64,000 bases of DNA. Source: Patescibacteria group bacterium. Its GTDB lineage: Bacteria > Patescibacteriota > Patescibacteriia > 2-01-FULL-39-33. Positions 8,153 to 17,399 of this stretch are shown piece by piece. The notes under the pieces were generated by a model. That model searched no databases. It was not told where the DNA came from and was given only the letters and a program-made list of their open reading frames with translations. How positions within the stretch are numbered: position 1 is the stretch's first letter; the number at the start of each line of letters is the position of its first letter. The stretch is taken from NCBI GenBank assembly GCA_041650895.1, contig JBAZKF010000001.1, forward strand, positions 273,685 through 337,684. Direction: 5' to 3'. The translations under genes were made by a program, and so were the position numbers.

Positions 8153-8656
8153 TTAAATTAAAAAATCCAAAAAATTCAGTATGCCGGTGGTAGCCAGAAA
8201 CACGATAATTCCGGCAATCATGACCCCGGCGACAATCGCCAAAAAAGCGCGCCGGTTATCAATACCGAACAGCCAAGCCGCCAAAGCGCCGGTCCAAGCT
8301 CCAGTCATGGGCAAAGGTATGGCCACAAAAATCGCCAAGGCCAGCAGGCCGTACTTTTCATAATTCTTGCCGATCTTATGCCTGGTACGTTTGAATAGCC
8401 AAGCAAAAAACTTTTCCATCAGCCGACTATGCTTAGCCAGCCAAGCGGAAACCGGACCGATATACAGCAGAATCAGCATCACCGGCAATAAATTGCCGAC
8501 GACTGACAGGCAATAAGCCAGTAGAGGGTTAAGCTTATAAACCGTCAAAGCTACCGGCAAGGCGCCGCGCAACTCTACGATCGGAATCATAGAAATCAAC
8601 AAAACGACCCATGACGGGGGCAAACCGGCGAGAAATTTTATCAACAGATAAACCAT
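8153..8656 (-). CDS. Small multi-TM membrane protein (COG2426 / putative small multidrug export-like)
   Basis: Four predicted TM helices; general resemblance to the Sm_multidrug_ex family. Assignment is tentative. Confidence 0.45.
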   Translation of the reverse strand: MVYLLIKFLAGLPPSWVVLLISMIPIVELRGALPVALTVYKLNPLLAYCLSVVGNLLPVMLILLYIGPVSAWLAKHSRLMEKFFAWLFKRTRHKIGKNYEKYGLLALAIFVAIPLPMTGAWTGALAAWLFGIDNRRAFLAIVAGVMIAGIIVFLATTGILNFLDFLI

Positions 8657-8657
8657 A

Positions 8658-9581
8658 TCACCAAGAAAAATTATTAAACACCCAATAAGCCAAAGATTTG
8701 GTATCGGTAAAACGGTCGTAAGTGGAAGAACTGCCCAAGACAGCGATTAATAGCCGCCGATCGTTCTGATCTTTGACTTGGCTGGCAAAACAGTAGCCGG
8801 CGGACGGCAAAGTGCCGGTTTTGCCCGCTTCCAACTTGTAAGAATCCCCGCGATAGCCGAACTCGGCTTTCAAAATCGTGTCCGTGCTATTGATATGGCG
8901 CGACAAATTCTTATTGATAATCGGCACATCATAACTCTTAAAACTCAAGGCCTTGCGGACTTCGGAATGGGAAAAAGCGACTTTAATCAGCTTGATGACG
9001 TCTTCGGCGCTGGCCTTATTATCCACAGACAACCCGGTCGTCTCACTGAACTGGCTTGAATCCATGACTAACAGCTTGGCATATAAATTCATTTGCCTGA
9101 CAAATTCTTCCGGCTTCAATCCGGTGGACCTGGACAGAGCTACCGCCGCTTCGTTGGCTGAAGAAACAAGCATGGTATAAAATAAATCACGAACAGTCAA
9201 GGTGTCGCCGACCATTAAAGCCGGTTTGGCTCCTACGCGAAAATCGTCAGCAGTCATCGTGTACTGCTTATCCCAGCCGGGGTTATGCTCCAAGAAAACC
9301 AAGGCGGTCATCAATTTAGTCAAGGAGGCAATAGGACGGCAATCCTGGGAATTCTTCTCATACAAAACCGCGCCCGTTTCCGGTTCTACCACGATAAAGC
9401 TTTTCGCCGTAACTTTAACACCTAAACTCTCGCTGTCTATGGCTTTTTCCGGCAAACGAGCCTCAATTTTCTGTTGAGTCAGGGGCAAAGAATTGGCTGG
9501 CAGAACGGCGTCGGCAGGATTGGTGGCCTGCGCTTGCAGAAATATTGCGGCCAAGAATAAGTTGAGAACGGTTTGAAACAT
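8658..9581 (-). CDS. Serine-type D-Ala-D-Ala carboxypeptidase (PBP5/DacA-like, low-MW PBP)
   Basis: Signal peptide; SxxK 'ASLTK', SxN 'SSAN', KTG 'GKTGT' motifs in canonical order. Confidence 0.8.
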   Translation of the reverse strand: MFQTVLNLFLAAIFLQAQATNPADAVLPANSLPLTQQKIEARLPEKAIDSESLGVKVTAKSFIVVEPETGAVLYEKNSQDCRPIASLTKLMTALVFLEHNPGWDKQYTMTADDFRVGAKPALMVGDTLTVRDLFYTMLVSSANEAAVALSRSTGLKPEEFVRQMNLYAKLLVMDSSQFSETTGLSVDNKASAEDVIKLIKVAFSHSEVRKALSFKSYDVPIINKNLSRHINSTDTILKAEFGYRGDSYKLEAGKTGTLPSAGYCFASQVKDQNDRRLLIAVLGSSSTYDRFTDTKSLAYWVFNNFSW

Positions 9582-9619
9582 AATATATTAGTTAATAACT
9601 GTTAAATTACAAACAAGAA

Positions 9620-10201
9620 TTAAACTGCCAGATCGGCGGGAAGTTCCTGTTCCGCCGCGCCGCCGGTAAGGCCGTACAATAATTTTTCCAGATTATTATT
9701 GCGATTAAGCCGTTCGTATTCCGGCAATTCGCTGACCGAACTTAAGCCCAGATGCTTCAAAAAATCAAAAGTTATCTGATAAACGTTTGTGGCTTTGTCC
9801 TTATCTTCGCGCGATTCTATCAATCCCCGCATCAGCAAATTGCGCAAGATCAGGGAGCAATTGACTCCGCGTATCAATTCTAGTTCCACCTTGGAAACCG
9901 GACCGCGATAAGCGATGATAGTAAGCGTTTCCAGCGATGGCCGGGTCAACTCTCCGGTTACTTCGGTTTTTAGAAACTTAGCCACTATTTCCGACGATTC
10001 GCCAGCGGCCGCCATCTGGTATTTATCCTCAATATTGATTATCTCCATGCCACCCTTTTTCTCCCGATACTCCTCCCGCAGTAATTTGAGCTCTTCCTCC
10101 ACTGCTGTTTTGTCGCTTTCAGCCAATTTGGCCAATTCCGCAACGCTCAGCGGCTTATGGGAGATAAACAACAATGATTCAATAGTGTTTTTTAAATTCA
10201 T
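9620..10201 (-). CDS. scpB: Segregation and condensation protein B
   Basis: Tandem winged-helix pattern, N-terminal 'IESLLFISHKPLSVAELAKL'; directly downstream of scpA. Confidence 0.85.
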   Translation of the reverse strand: MNLKNTIESLLFISHKPLSVAELAKLAESDKTAVEEELKLLREEYREKKGGMEIINIEDKYQMAAAGESSEIVAKFLKTEVTGELTRPSLETLTIIAYRGPVSKVELELIRGVNCSLILRNLLMRGLIESREDKDKATNVYQITFDFLKHLGLSSVSELPEYERLNRNNNLEKLLYGLTGGAAEQELPADLAV

Positions 10202-10212
10202 AATTGATAATT

Positions 10213-10920
10213 TTAGTTGACACTGACTTTTTCCACTTCTATCTCATCAAAAATGCCTTTTTGGTTGACCGCGGCTTCGCCGGACTTGATTAATTCCAAT
10301 AACGCCATAAAACTGATGACCACTTCATGCTTGGATTTGGCGTTGGCGATAACTTCTTTGAAGCTCATTTTTTGCGCCCGCCCCAAGGCTTCCCTGATAC
10401 CGCTGACCATTTCCTGCAGGCTGACCACCTTTTCCATTATTCTCCTGGGCAAACCGGTTACGTATTCTATGCGTTTCAGAATCTCCTCAAAAATCGCAGT
10501 CAAATCACCGGCAACCAGTGCCGGTGGCGGAGAAAACGCCGGCCTAAAATCAACCGGCAGACGCTCGCGCGTAAAAGAATAATTATTTTCCATTAGTAAC
10601 GCTTCAAGTTTTTTGCTGGCCTCCAGGTATTCCTTGTACATCTTAAGCTGGGCTTCCAGCTGTTCGGCACTGTCCTCTTCCTCGTCCGCCAGTTGTGGCA
10701 ACAATAACTTGGATTTGATAACCAAAAGCTTTGTCGCCACCGTCAAAAAATCCGCCAGCTCTCCTGCCGGTAAATCCTTATTAGCGTCCAAATAGGCAAG
10801 ATATTGATCGGTAACCTTAGCCAAAGAAACTTGGGAAATATCAAGTTCCTCTTGCTCAATCAACTGCAGCAAAAGATCTAATGGCCCGGAAAATTTATCT
10901 AAAACTATTTGATAATCCAC
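10213..10920 (-). CDS. scpA: Segregation and condensation protein A (kleisin)
   Basis: N-terminal 'FSGPLDLLLQLIEQEELDISQVSLAKVTDQYL' typical of ScpA; forms the scpA-scpB pair. Confidence 0.85.
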   Translation of the reverse strand: MDYQIVLDKFSGPLDLLLQLIEQEELDISQVSLAKVTDQYLAYLDANKDLPAGELADFLTVATKLLVIKSKLLLPQLADEEEDSAEQLEAQLKMYKEYLEASKKLEALLMENNYSFTRERLPVDFRPAFSPPPALVAGDLTAIFEEILKRIEYVTGLPRRIMEKVVSLQEMVSGIREALGRAQKMSFKEVIANAKSKHEVVISFMALLELIKSGEAAVNQKGIFDEIEVEKVSVN

Positions 10921-10993
10921 GATTCTTCAATAATTTTTATTCTAAATTTAAACAAATTATAAAACAATTATACTGATTATGATTATTTAATAC

Positions 10994-11021
10994 TTGACTT
11001 TTTATCTATTTATGATATAAT
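10994..11021 (+). promoter_or_regulatory. Sigma70-like promoter (TTGACT, 16-nt spacer, TATAAT) upstream of the 11097 ORF
   Basis: ttgact at 10994-10999 and tataat at 11016-11021. Confidence 0.4.
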
Positions 11022-11096
11022 CTAACCAGAATTTTAAATAGAAGCATCTGCCAAGGACATTAACAACTATTAACGACACAGAAAGGAATTGCCACC

Positions 11097-11681
11097 ATGA
11101 TTGAAGGAACTGCTACTGTAGTTGAACTCTCACCGTTTTGCATAAGCCCTGTCGGAAAAAAAGCCAGATCGTTCGCCCTGGTTTACCAAGGAAGAACTCC
11201 GGAGCAGGAAAAGATCGAACTGGAAAATTATTCTTCTTGCGGGGATCCCTTTGCCGCTATGTCGCCAGACTCCCTAATGGTTAAAGATCTAATAGATGCA
11301 ATTCATCAAACCAACGATAAAATGGCTTTCAGCATGTCCGGAATCAGCTTGGGTGATAATCCAATGGAATTGCTATTTGGTATTCGCCGGGGGCAGTTTA
11401 AACGCTTGTTCATCATTGCCATGGAGCATGATCCGTTACAGCGCCCGCATTCCAGAGACGGACTTATCACCGGAGCCTGTGTAGCTTTTGACATCATCAC
11501 CCTGTGTGAAATGAGCGCAGTCAGGGTTCCGCCGATATTTCTCATCGTATCGTCCGGCACCGAAGAGCGGGCTTCACTGACAAAGTCACTGGATGAATTC
11601 CGGCCGACTTTTGAAAAACACGGCGTACGGATTATTGATGAGCGCAAACTGATCCATCATCCGCGAAAATACCTGAGGTAA
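11097..11681 (+). CDS. Hypothetical protein
   Basis: 194-aa ORF with a promoter-like element upstream; no recognisable motif. An antisense 113-aa ORF (11306-11647) is less likely. Confidence 0.4.
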   Translation: MIEGTATVVELSPFCISPVGKKARSFALVYQGRTPEQEKIELENYSSCGDPFAAMSPDSLMVKDLIDAIHQTNDKMAFSMSGISLGDNPMELLFGIRRGQFKRLFIIAMEHDPLQRPHSRDGLITGACVAFDIITLCEMSAVRVPPIFLIVSSGTEERASLTKSLDEFRPTFEKHGVRIIDERKLIHHPRKYLR

Positions 11682-11738
11682 ACCCTCGATTTTCCTTTTG
11701 AACTTTGCTCGGAGAGCGGCTAACGCAGTCGCTCTTTT

Positions 11739-12449
11739 TTATTTTTTCTTAATCGATTTTCTCACTGATTTTTTAGGAGCTTTTGGGGTTGATTTCCTAA
11801 CCGGTTGTTTGGTTGCCGCCTTGACAACCTTGCTGACTGCTTTCTTGACTGACCGTTTCACTGTTTTCTCTAATTTCTTGACCGTCTTCGGCACTTTAAT
11901 CTTGGTCTTTTTGCCTTTCTTAGCTTTGACTTGTTTTTTTACTTTAACCATTTTTTTCTTCGTCGCCTTAGGAATCTTGTAGCCGCCTTTCATGGCGATA
12001 TCGGCCAGACGCGCTTCTTCGCTCTGAACAAAATCCTTGACTTTCATCAAGACGCTGTCGGTAAAACTGCCGGTGGAAACCACAGCCTTCTTCACTCCGA
12101 TCATGGCTTTGTCCACCACTACTTCCATGTCATGAAGACGACCGAAGGATGACAAAGTGCCCGGCTTAATCTTTAACACCTTAATCATCACCTTTTCATC
12201 GGGAATACGGACGCTTTTGGCGCCCAAAACTTTCTTAAGCTTGGCCATATCAATTTTCTTATCGGCCGGCAGAACCACTAACACATGGGTTTTGTCCGCT
12301 TCAACTAAAATCGTCTTGGCGATTTCTTTGAGCTGTTTTTTCAAGGTCTGCGCCGCATCATAAGCGGTAAAGACAGTCTTGTGGGCCAACTCTTCATAAT
12401 CAATACCCTTGGCGTCAAGATATTTCTTGACTTTGACTGGGATTGGCAT
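11739..12449 (-). CDS. YbaK/ProX-like aminoacyl-tRNA trans-editing deacylase domain fused to a lysine-rich histone-H1-like C-terminal tail
   Basis: N-terminal 150 aa match the YbaK/ProX deacylase fold pattern (..KTVFTAYDAAQT..., IKPGTLSSFG). C-terminal 80 aa are KKxxK/AKK repeats. Confidence 0.6.
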   Translation of the reverse strand: MPIPVKVKKYLDAKGIDYEELAHKTVFTAYDAAQTLKKQLKEIAKTILVEADKTHVLVVLPADKKIDMAKLKKVLGAKSVRIPDEKVMIKVLKIKPGTLSSFGRLHDMEVVVDKAMIGVKKAVVSTGSFTDSVLMKVKDFVQSEEARLADIAMKGGYKIPKATKKKMVKVKKQVKAKKGKKTKIKVPKTVKKLEKTVKRSVKKAVSKVVKAATKQPVRKSTPKAPKKSVRKSIKKK

Positions 12450-12531
12450 AAATTTAAAAATTACTGATTACGGATTTAAAATAAATAAAATTTAATCAAA
12501 CTGCCGGCTGACAGGGATAGGCAACCGAATA

Positions 12532-13482
12532 CTACCTCACCGCCGGCGTCTCGCCTTTTATCGCTTCCGGCGCCACATCGGCTTTGGGTAAAAGGACTTT
12601 CTTAGTGAAACACTGCCGGCCGACGCCATGATAATACCAATTTTCCCCTTGCCAGCTCTGCGAATTATCCGCAGTCGCATCAGTCAAAAACGTTGCGCAA
12701 AATTCAAATTCATTCGCGGTCTGGCGGTTATATTCAATCTGATCGCTTTTTACCGCTTCTACGACATTCTTGTATTTGGCGGCGCTTAAATCAACCGGTA
12801 CGGCGCCGTCCTGCTGATAATCAATTTCCAACAAATAATTGATTTGTGTCATGTCATTGACCAGCTGACTGTCCAATTGCTTATTCCTGGTGACAGTCGG
12901 CGAATCTATAATCATTAATCCGGCGACCAATTCAACTAAAACTACAGCCACCAAAACAATGGCAAAGACCAAAGAGGTTGGGCTGTACTTCTGATAGGCC
13001 TTGCGCCGCAAATCATAAAAATAATAGCTGAATATTCCGGCGGCAATCGCGACGACGGTCAGAATCTTCAAAGCGACGCGCCAAGTCTGTTCGCCGTTTA
13101 GGAAAATAAAAATCAATCTGACTAAAGCGCCGATAATCGTTAAGGCGGAAACCAGTAACATCAAATAAGTCAGCCAACGATATATGCCGCTGTTATGATT
13201 CAGCTTATTCTTCTTATAATTGCGATGCAAAAGATTGACAGCCAGAAAATACACCGGCACCACGATAATTAAGGAGGCAATGGCATATTTGACCACCTCT
13301 TGCGAATACATGGTCGGATAATACATTTGGAGCTTTAAGCTCTCAGCCAAATATCTGTTAATCAACTGGAAAGCGATACCACCGATCGCCCAGGACATCC
13401 AGCCCAGAGAAATGAAGGATAATAAGTTGAGGAAAGCGTCTAAAGCGCCCTTGCCTCGGTAGGAGCTGTTGTTACTTGGCAT
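12532..13482 (-). CDS. Integral membrane protein (DUF5671-like) with a C-terminal extracytoplasmic domain
   Basis: Five to six TM helices in the N-terminal 200 aa followed by a soluble domain; family assignment is tentative. Confidence 0.5.
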   Translation of the reverse strand: MPSNNSSYRGKGALDAFLNLLSFISLGWMSWAIGGIAFQLINRYLAESLKLQMYYPTMYSQEVVKYAIASLIIVVPVYFLAVNLLHRNYKKNKLNHNSGIYRWLTYLMLLVSALTIIGALVRLIFIFLNGEQTWRVALKILTVVAIAAGIFSYYFYDLRRKAYQKYSPTSLVFAIVLVAVVLVELVAGLMIIDSPTVTRNKQLDSQLVNDMTQINYLLEIDYQQDGAVPVDLSAAKYKNVVEAVKSDQIEYNRQTANEFEFCATFLTDATADNSQSWQGENWYYHGVGRQCFTKKVLLPKADVAPEAIKGETPAVR

Positions 13483-13497
13483 ACGGTTAAAATTAAA

Positions 13498-14187
13498 TTA
13501 AGATAATTTAAAATTATTGATAATTAAGACAAACTTACAGCCCAAAAATTCCGCGGCCAGCCGGCAAAAACTCATGCGTTCGGAAAAAATCTCAAAGTAA
13601 TCCATAGGTTTGGCCTCCTGCGTATCAATCTGGATTTTAAGGACTATTTGCTTGAGCAAACGATTAACTTTCAGGCTGTTGCCGGTTGCGGCGTAATTGA
13701 CCCGATCATGGATATCTTCTCCGCGCGCCTGAATTTCGCGACCGATAACGCGGCTGCGATGCACGTCAGACTTATCGGCCAGAACCAGAATCGCCGAAAT
13801 CTTATCAACTATTTTCAATTCGTCCTTATCGTGGCTGACAATGGCTTGGGTAATGCGGGCGATATCATCCGGATTAACGTTTTGGGGGATGAAAATCTGC
13901 GAAAAAAGCATAGCCGCCCAATAATGATGCTGGGTACGGCCCAAATAATTGCCCATGTCATGGCAATAGCCGGCGATAGCGGCCAATTCCTGATCCTTTT
14001 TGACCAGTCCCAACTGTTTGGCCAAACCGCGGCAACGCTCCGAGACAATATTAACATGCCGGTAACCGTGATCCGTATAACCCAAAGCGATCAAGTATTT
14101 TTCTGTTTGGCGGATAAAGTCATCGACATAAGGATTAGCCTTGACTTCCTCCAGAGTCAAATTTTTCATAATATTTGTCACCTTCAA
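13498..14187 (-). CDS. HD-domain phosphohydrolase
   Basis: 'HGYRHV' ... 'CHDMGN' (H...HD metal-binding motif), later 'SHDKD'. Confidence 0.75.
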   Translation of the reverse strand: MKVTNIMKNLTLEEVKANPYVDDFIRQTEKYLIALGYTDHGYRHVNIVSERCRGLAKQLGLVKKDQELAAIAGYCHDMGNYLGRTQHHYWAAMLFSQIFIPQNVNPDDIARITQAIVSHDKDELKIVDKISAILVLADKSDVHRSRVIGREIQARGEDIHDRVNYAATGNSLKVNRLLKQIVLKIQIDTQEAKPMDYFEIFSERMSFCRLAAEFLGCKFVLIINNFKLS

Positions 14188-14196
14188 ATTACTAAA

Positions 14197-15018
14197 CTAT
14201 TTTATGAACTTAATAGTAGAAATAATCTGCCTAAAATTGCCGGCTGACGAAGAAAGTCCGCTGTCTTGCAGTTTTATCATCATAGCAGAACCGAAAATCA
14301 AAGCTGAAGCATAATCTTTCATCCCCGCCTCAGTAAAAAATATGACATTATTGCCATTAATCACCTCTTCGGTTATTCCGTTAATCGATCCATCATTTTT
14401 TAACGCTTTTAATGTTTCCGCATAATTCTGAACGGAAAATTTGTCAAAATAAAGACCATAACAATCTTCACCTTCGCAAGCACCCCTAGAAACCGGTCCA
14501 ACATTTATCCGCCAATTCGATCTTACCTGCGGATAACCGCCAGTATAGACGCCGGCTGAAATCTCCGGTTTCGGCCAATTCTTGGGGTACTGAAATTCCA
14601 AACCGTATTCTTGGCTTTGATAAACCGACCAATCGGCTATAGTGGTTATTGTCGTCGTAGAAGACGAGGTTATCAACCCGGGACGGCATTCGCCTCGGAA
14701 AAACGCCCACTCCTCACACTGTGTATCATCGGGAAACTTGCACAGACCGGATTGATTGCCTTCCAAGTCAGTAATAATTTCCAAGGTACCGCCTTTTTCC
14801 TGACAATTCACCGAAGCGGGGTTGGCTAAGCCAGTATTACCGGCATTCTGGCACTGCGCAAACTCGCAATTCGGACCTTCACGGCCGACCGACGAACCAT
14901 CCGGGCAAATCTTGGCTTCCATCGTGCACGCCGTTGGCGCCGGTTTTTGGCCGGGCAGAGTACAAGCCGATAAGATAACAGCCAGGGAAATAAAAAACAA
15001 TGGGGCGATATTTTTCAT
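14197..15018 (-). CDS. Lipoprotein with N-terminal DUF333 (putative hemolysin-like, Cys-rich) domain and a C-terminal domain shared with the upstream gene
   Basis: Lipobox 'ILSAC'; 'NPASVNCQEKGGTLEI...GLCKFPDDTQCEEWAFFRGEC' matches the DUF333 pattern. Confidence 0.6.
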   Translation of the reverse strand: MKNIAPLFFISLAVILSACTLPGQKPAPTACTMEAKICPDGSSVGREGPNCEFAQCQNAGNTGLANPASVNCQEKGGTLEIITDLEGNQSGLCKFPDDTQCEEWAFFRGECRPGLITSSSTTTITTIADWSVYQSQEYGLEFQYPKNWPKPEISAGVYTGGYPQVRSNWRINVGPVSRGACEGEDCYGLYFDKFSVQNYAETLKALKNDGSINGITEEVINGNNVIFFTEAGMKDYASALIFGSAMMIKLQDSGLSSSAGNFRQIISTIKFIK

Positions 15019-15032
15019 AAAAACAATTGAGC

Positions 15033-15073
15033 TTTGTTACGTAGCCTGTTACGTAGCATGGCTATTTTGTTAC
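15033..15073. repeat. Tandem direct repeat TGTTACGTAGC x2 (12-nt period) plus a third TTGTTAC, each full unit containing the palindrome TACGTA, in a 50-bp intergenic spacer
   Basis: Read directly: ctttgttacgtagcctgttacgtagcatggctattttgttac. Confidence 0.5.
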
Positions 15074-15684
15074 TTTATCAATGCTTTAAATGAATTCTTT
15101 ATGTCAGTAAACTGATTTCTTTGAACGGTATACCTTTGATCAGAAACATACTGACTTTGATACATTGCAAAAACATAATTATTGTTTTCGCCAATATAAG
15201 CGTTAAGATCTCTTTCGCCATTTACAGGATCTTTTTTCATTAATCCCCAAGTTTCTTTCGTATAAATACCAATCGTGAATATATCCGACCAACCAGGCAT
15301 ACCAAAAGAAGCATAGGTTCTACCGGCTCTATCCCCGATTGAAACCGTATATCCCGCCCAATCTTTAGGCAACTGCAATGAAAAACCATAAATCTGATTT
15401 GAATAAGCAATACCAACAGCATCTATAACCGAAGTTAATGGGGCTGCGGTACTAGCTGAAGTATTTATGGGAATACCGGTTACTGATGATTGATCATTCA
15501 AGCCGGCAGCCTGTTGATAGTTTAATCCCTCGATCTTAGCAGATAATAAGCTAATTTCTGAGATTACTTCTTGTCGTAAACCATTAACTTGATTGACTTG
15601 ACTGATATATAACACCAAACCGCCTAAAATCATAATAATAGCTACTACTGATAGAGAAACAATCAAAATCTTTTTGTTTTCCAT
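15070..15684 (-). CDS. Membrane-anchored or secreted hypothetical protein; its C-terminal domain is paralogous to that of the 14197-15018 product
   Basis: N-terminal TM/signal; C-terminal 'YGFSLQLPKDW...NSFKALIK' parallels 'YGLEFQYPKNW...STIKFIK' in the neighbouring protein. Confidence 0.5.
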   Translation of the reverse strand: MENKKILIVSLSVVAIIMILGGLVLYISQVNQVNGLRQEVISEISLLSAKIEGLNYQQAAGLNDQSSVTGIPINTSASTAAPLTSVIDAVGIAYSNQIYGFSLQLPKDWAGYTVSIGDRAGRTYASFGMPGWSDIFTIGIYTKETWGLMKKDPVNGERDLNAYIGENNNYVFAMYQSQYVSDQRYTVQRNQFTDIKNSFKALIK

Positions 15685-15754
15685 AAATACTATTTAATTA
15701 TTAATAATGATTATTAGTTATGCGCAAGCCATAAATCTTACACTGTAACGCCAT

Positions 15755-17209
15755 TTAATCCGCGGTTTGCGTTTGTTCGCCGTAAAGATTGACGCCTTCT
15801 TTTTCGGCGCGAGCTTCTACGCTGTCGGCAATCCTAATATTAGCTTCGCGCAGAGCCTTCAAACTGGTATAATTGGGCGCGTCCATCATCAAATCGCGGC
15901 TGTCGCCGGTTTTGGGGAAGACAATAACCTCGCGGATATTGGGTTCGTTGTGCAATATCGCCAACAATCTGTCAACACCGGGGGCGATACCGCCATGAGG
16001 CGGGGCGCCGAATTCAAACGCTTCCAGCATATGGCCGAAACGGGTTTTAATTTCATTCTCACCGACGCCCAAAAGCTCAAAAATTTTCTGCTGGATATCA
16101 TGCAGATGGATCCTGATGGAGCCGCCGGCGACTTCAAAGCCGTTTAAGACCAAATCATAGCCGTAAGCGCGCCATTTCTTGGGGTCGTCGGGATACTTTT
16201 CCATATCTTCGCGGTTAGGCATGGTAAAAGGGTGATGGGAAGCGACTAATTTGTTCTCTGTCTCACTATACTTAAACATAGGCGGATCAATCAGCCACAT
16301 GAACGCCAAAACATCCGGATCATTCTTGTCGGGACGCAAATCAGGCTTATCCGTGCCGTATTTATCCAGGCATTCGGCATAAGTCAAACGCGGAAACGGC
16401 TTGGCTAAAATCTTTTTATTAGGGTAGAGTTTTCCCACTAATTCAATCATCATCGGCTCAATCAAGTTGAAAATATCTTCCTGCTCAATAAAACTCATTT
16501 CAATATCCAATTGTGTGAATTCAGCTTGACGATCCCCGCGAGTGTCCTCATCGCGAAAACATCTGGCGATCTGAAAATATTTTTCCGCGCCGGCTACCAT
16601 CAATAATTGCTTGAACTGCTGGGGCGATTGCGGCAAAACATAAAACTTGCCGGGCCACTGGCGCGACGGCACCAAAAATTCCCGAGCGCCCTCGGGCGTG
16701 CCCTTGGTCAAAATCGGCGTTTCTATTTCCAAAAATCCTTGCTGTTCCAGATAATCACGGAAAAACTTATTAACCTTGGAACGCATAATCATGTTTTCGG
16801 TCATACGTTGAGAACGTAGGTCCAAATAGCGGTATTTGAGGCGTAATTCTTCATTTATTTCAATCGTATCTTGATTAATTTCAAACGGCGTCGTCTTGGC
16901 TTCATTAATGATTTCCAATCCGGTTGCGAGCATTTCTACGCCGCCTGTCGGCAACTTATCGTTGACCATATTGGCCGGCCGCTCATTGATTTGGCCGGTA
17001 ATAGCCACTACGTATTCGCTACGCAACTTCTGCGCCAACTCATGCGCCTCTTTATTGGATGGAATAAAAACGACTTGCAACAAGCCGCTGCGGTCGCGCA
17101 CGTCAATAAACACTAACTTGCCATGGTCGCGACGCGTATGCACCCAACCCTTGACCAGCACTTCTTGCCCTGCTTTATTTACCACCTCCTGGATCGGCGT
17201 TCTTGTCAT
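15755..17209 (-). CDS. aspS: Aspartyl-tRNA synthetase (bacterial type, lacking the GAD insertion domain)
   Basis: N-terminal OB fold, class II motifs 'FRDED..R..EFTQLD', 'GGSIRIH', 'GAPPHGGIAPGVDRL'. 'DKPDLR' is followed almost directly by 'HHPFTMP', so the roughly 130-aa GAD domain is absent. Confidence 0.9.
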   Translation of the reverse strand: MTRTPIQEVVNKAGQEVLVKGWVHTRRDHGKLVFIDVRDRSGLLQVVFIPSNKEAHELAQKLRSEYVVAITGQINERPANMVNDKLPTGGVEMLATGLEIINEAKTTPFEINQDTIEINEELRLKYRYLDLRSQRMTENMIMRSKVNKFFRDYLEQQGFLEIETPILTKGTPEGAREFLVPSRQWPGKFYVLPQSPQQFKQLLMVAGAEKYFQIARCFRDEDTRGDRQAEFTQLDIEMSFIEQEDIFNLIEPMMIELVGKLYPNKKILAKPFPRLTYAECLDKYGTDKPDLRPDKNDPDVLAFMWLIDPPMFKYSETENKLVASHHPFTMPNREDMEKYPDDPKKWRAYGYDLVLNGFEVAGGSIRIHLHDIQQKIFELLGVGENEIKTRFGHMLEAFEFGAPPHGGIAPGVDRLLAILHNEPNIREVIVFPKTGDSRDLMMDAPNYTSLKALREANIRIADSVEARAEKEGVNLYGEQTQTAD

Positions 17210-17399
17210 ATTTTTCTTGCTTGACTGCCGCGCCCTCGCCTCGCGGTGCTAATTAATATTGTGTATATTATAACAAAATCTGATTTTTAATGCAAATAAA
17301 GTTGGCCACCGCAAACAATTAAAGCATTGGAAGGCTTCCAATAAAAAACCATGGCGGAAAACCGACATGGTTGTGTGCAAAAAGTAATAAAGAGGAGAA

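Noticed and set aside
11306-11647. 113-aa ORF antisense to the 11097-11681 ORF
   Set aside because: Fully nested in the longer + strand ORF, which has a promoter-like element; no motifs; likely spurious, though neither frame is certain.
11698-11982. 94-aa ORF on the + strand
   Set aside because: Antisense to the repetitive Lys-rich (AAG/AAA-rich) tail of the deacylase gene; open only because of the repeat composition.
13648-14247. 199-aa ORF antisense to the HD-domain gene
   Set aside because: The HD protein has clear catalytic motifs on the opposite strand; the antisense frame has no signals.
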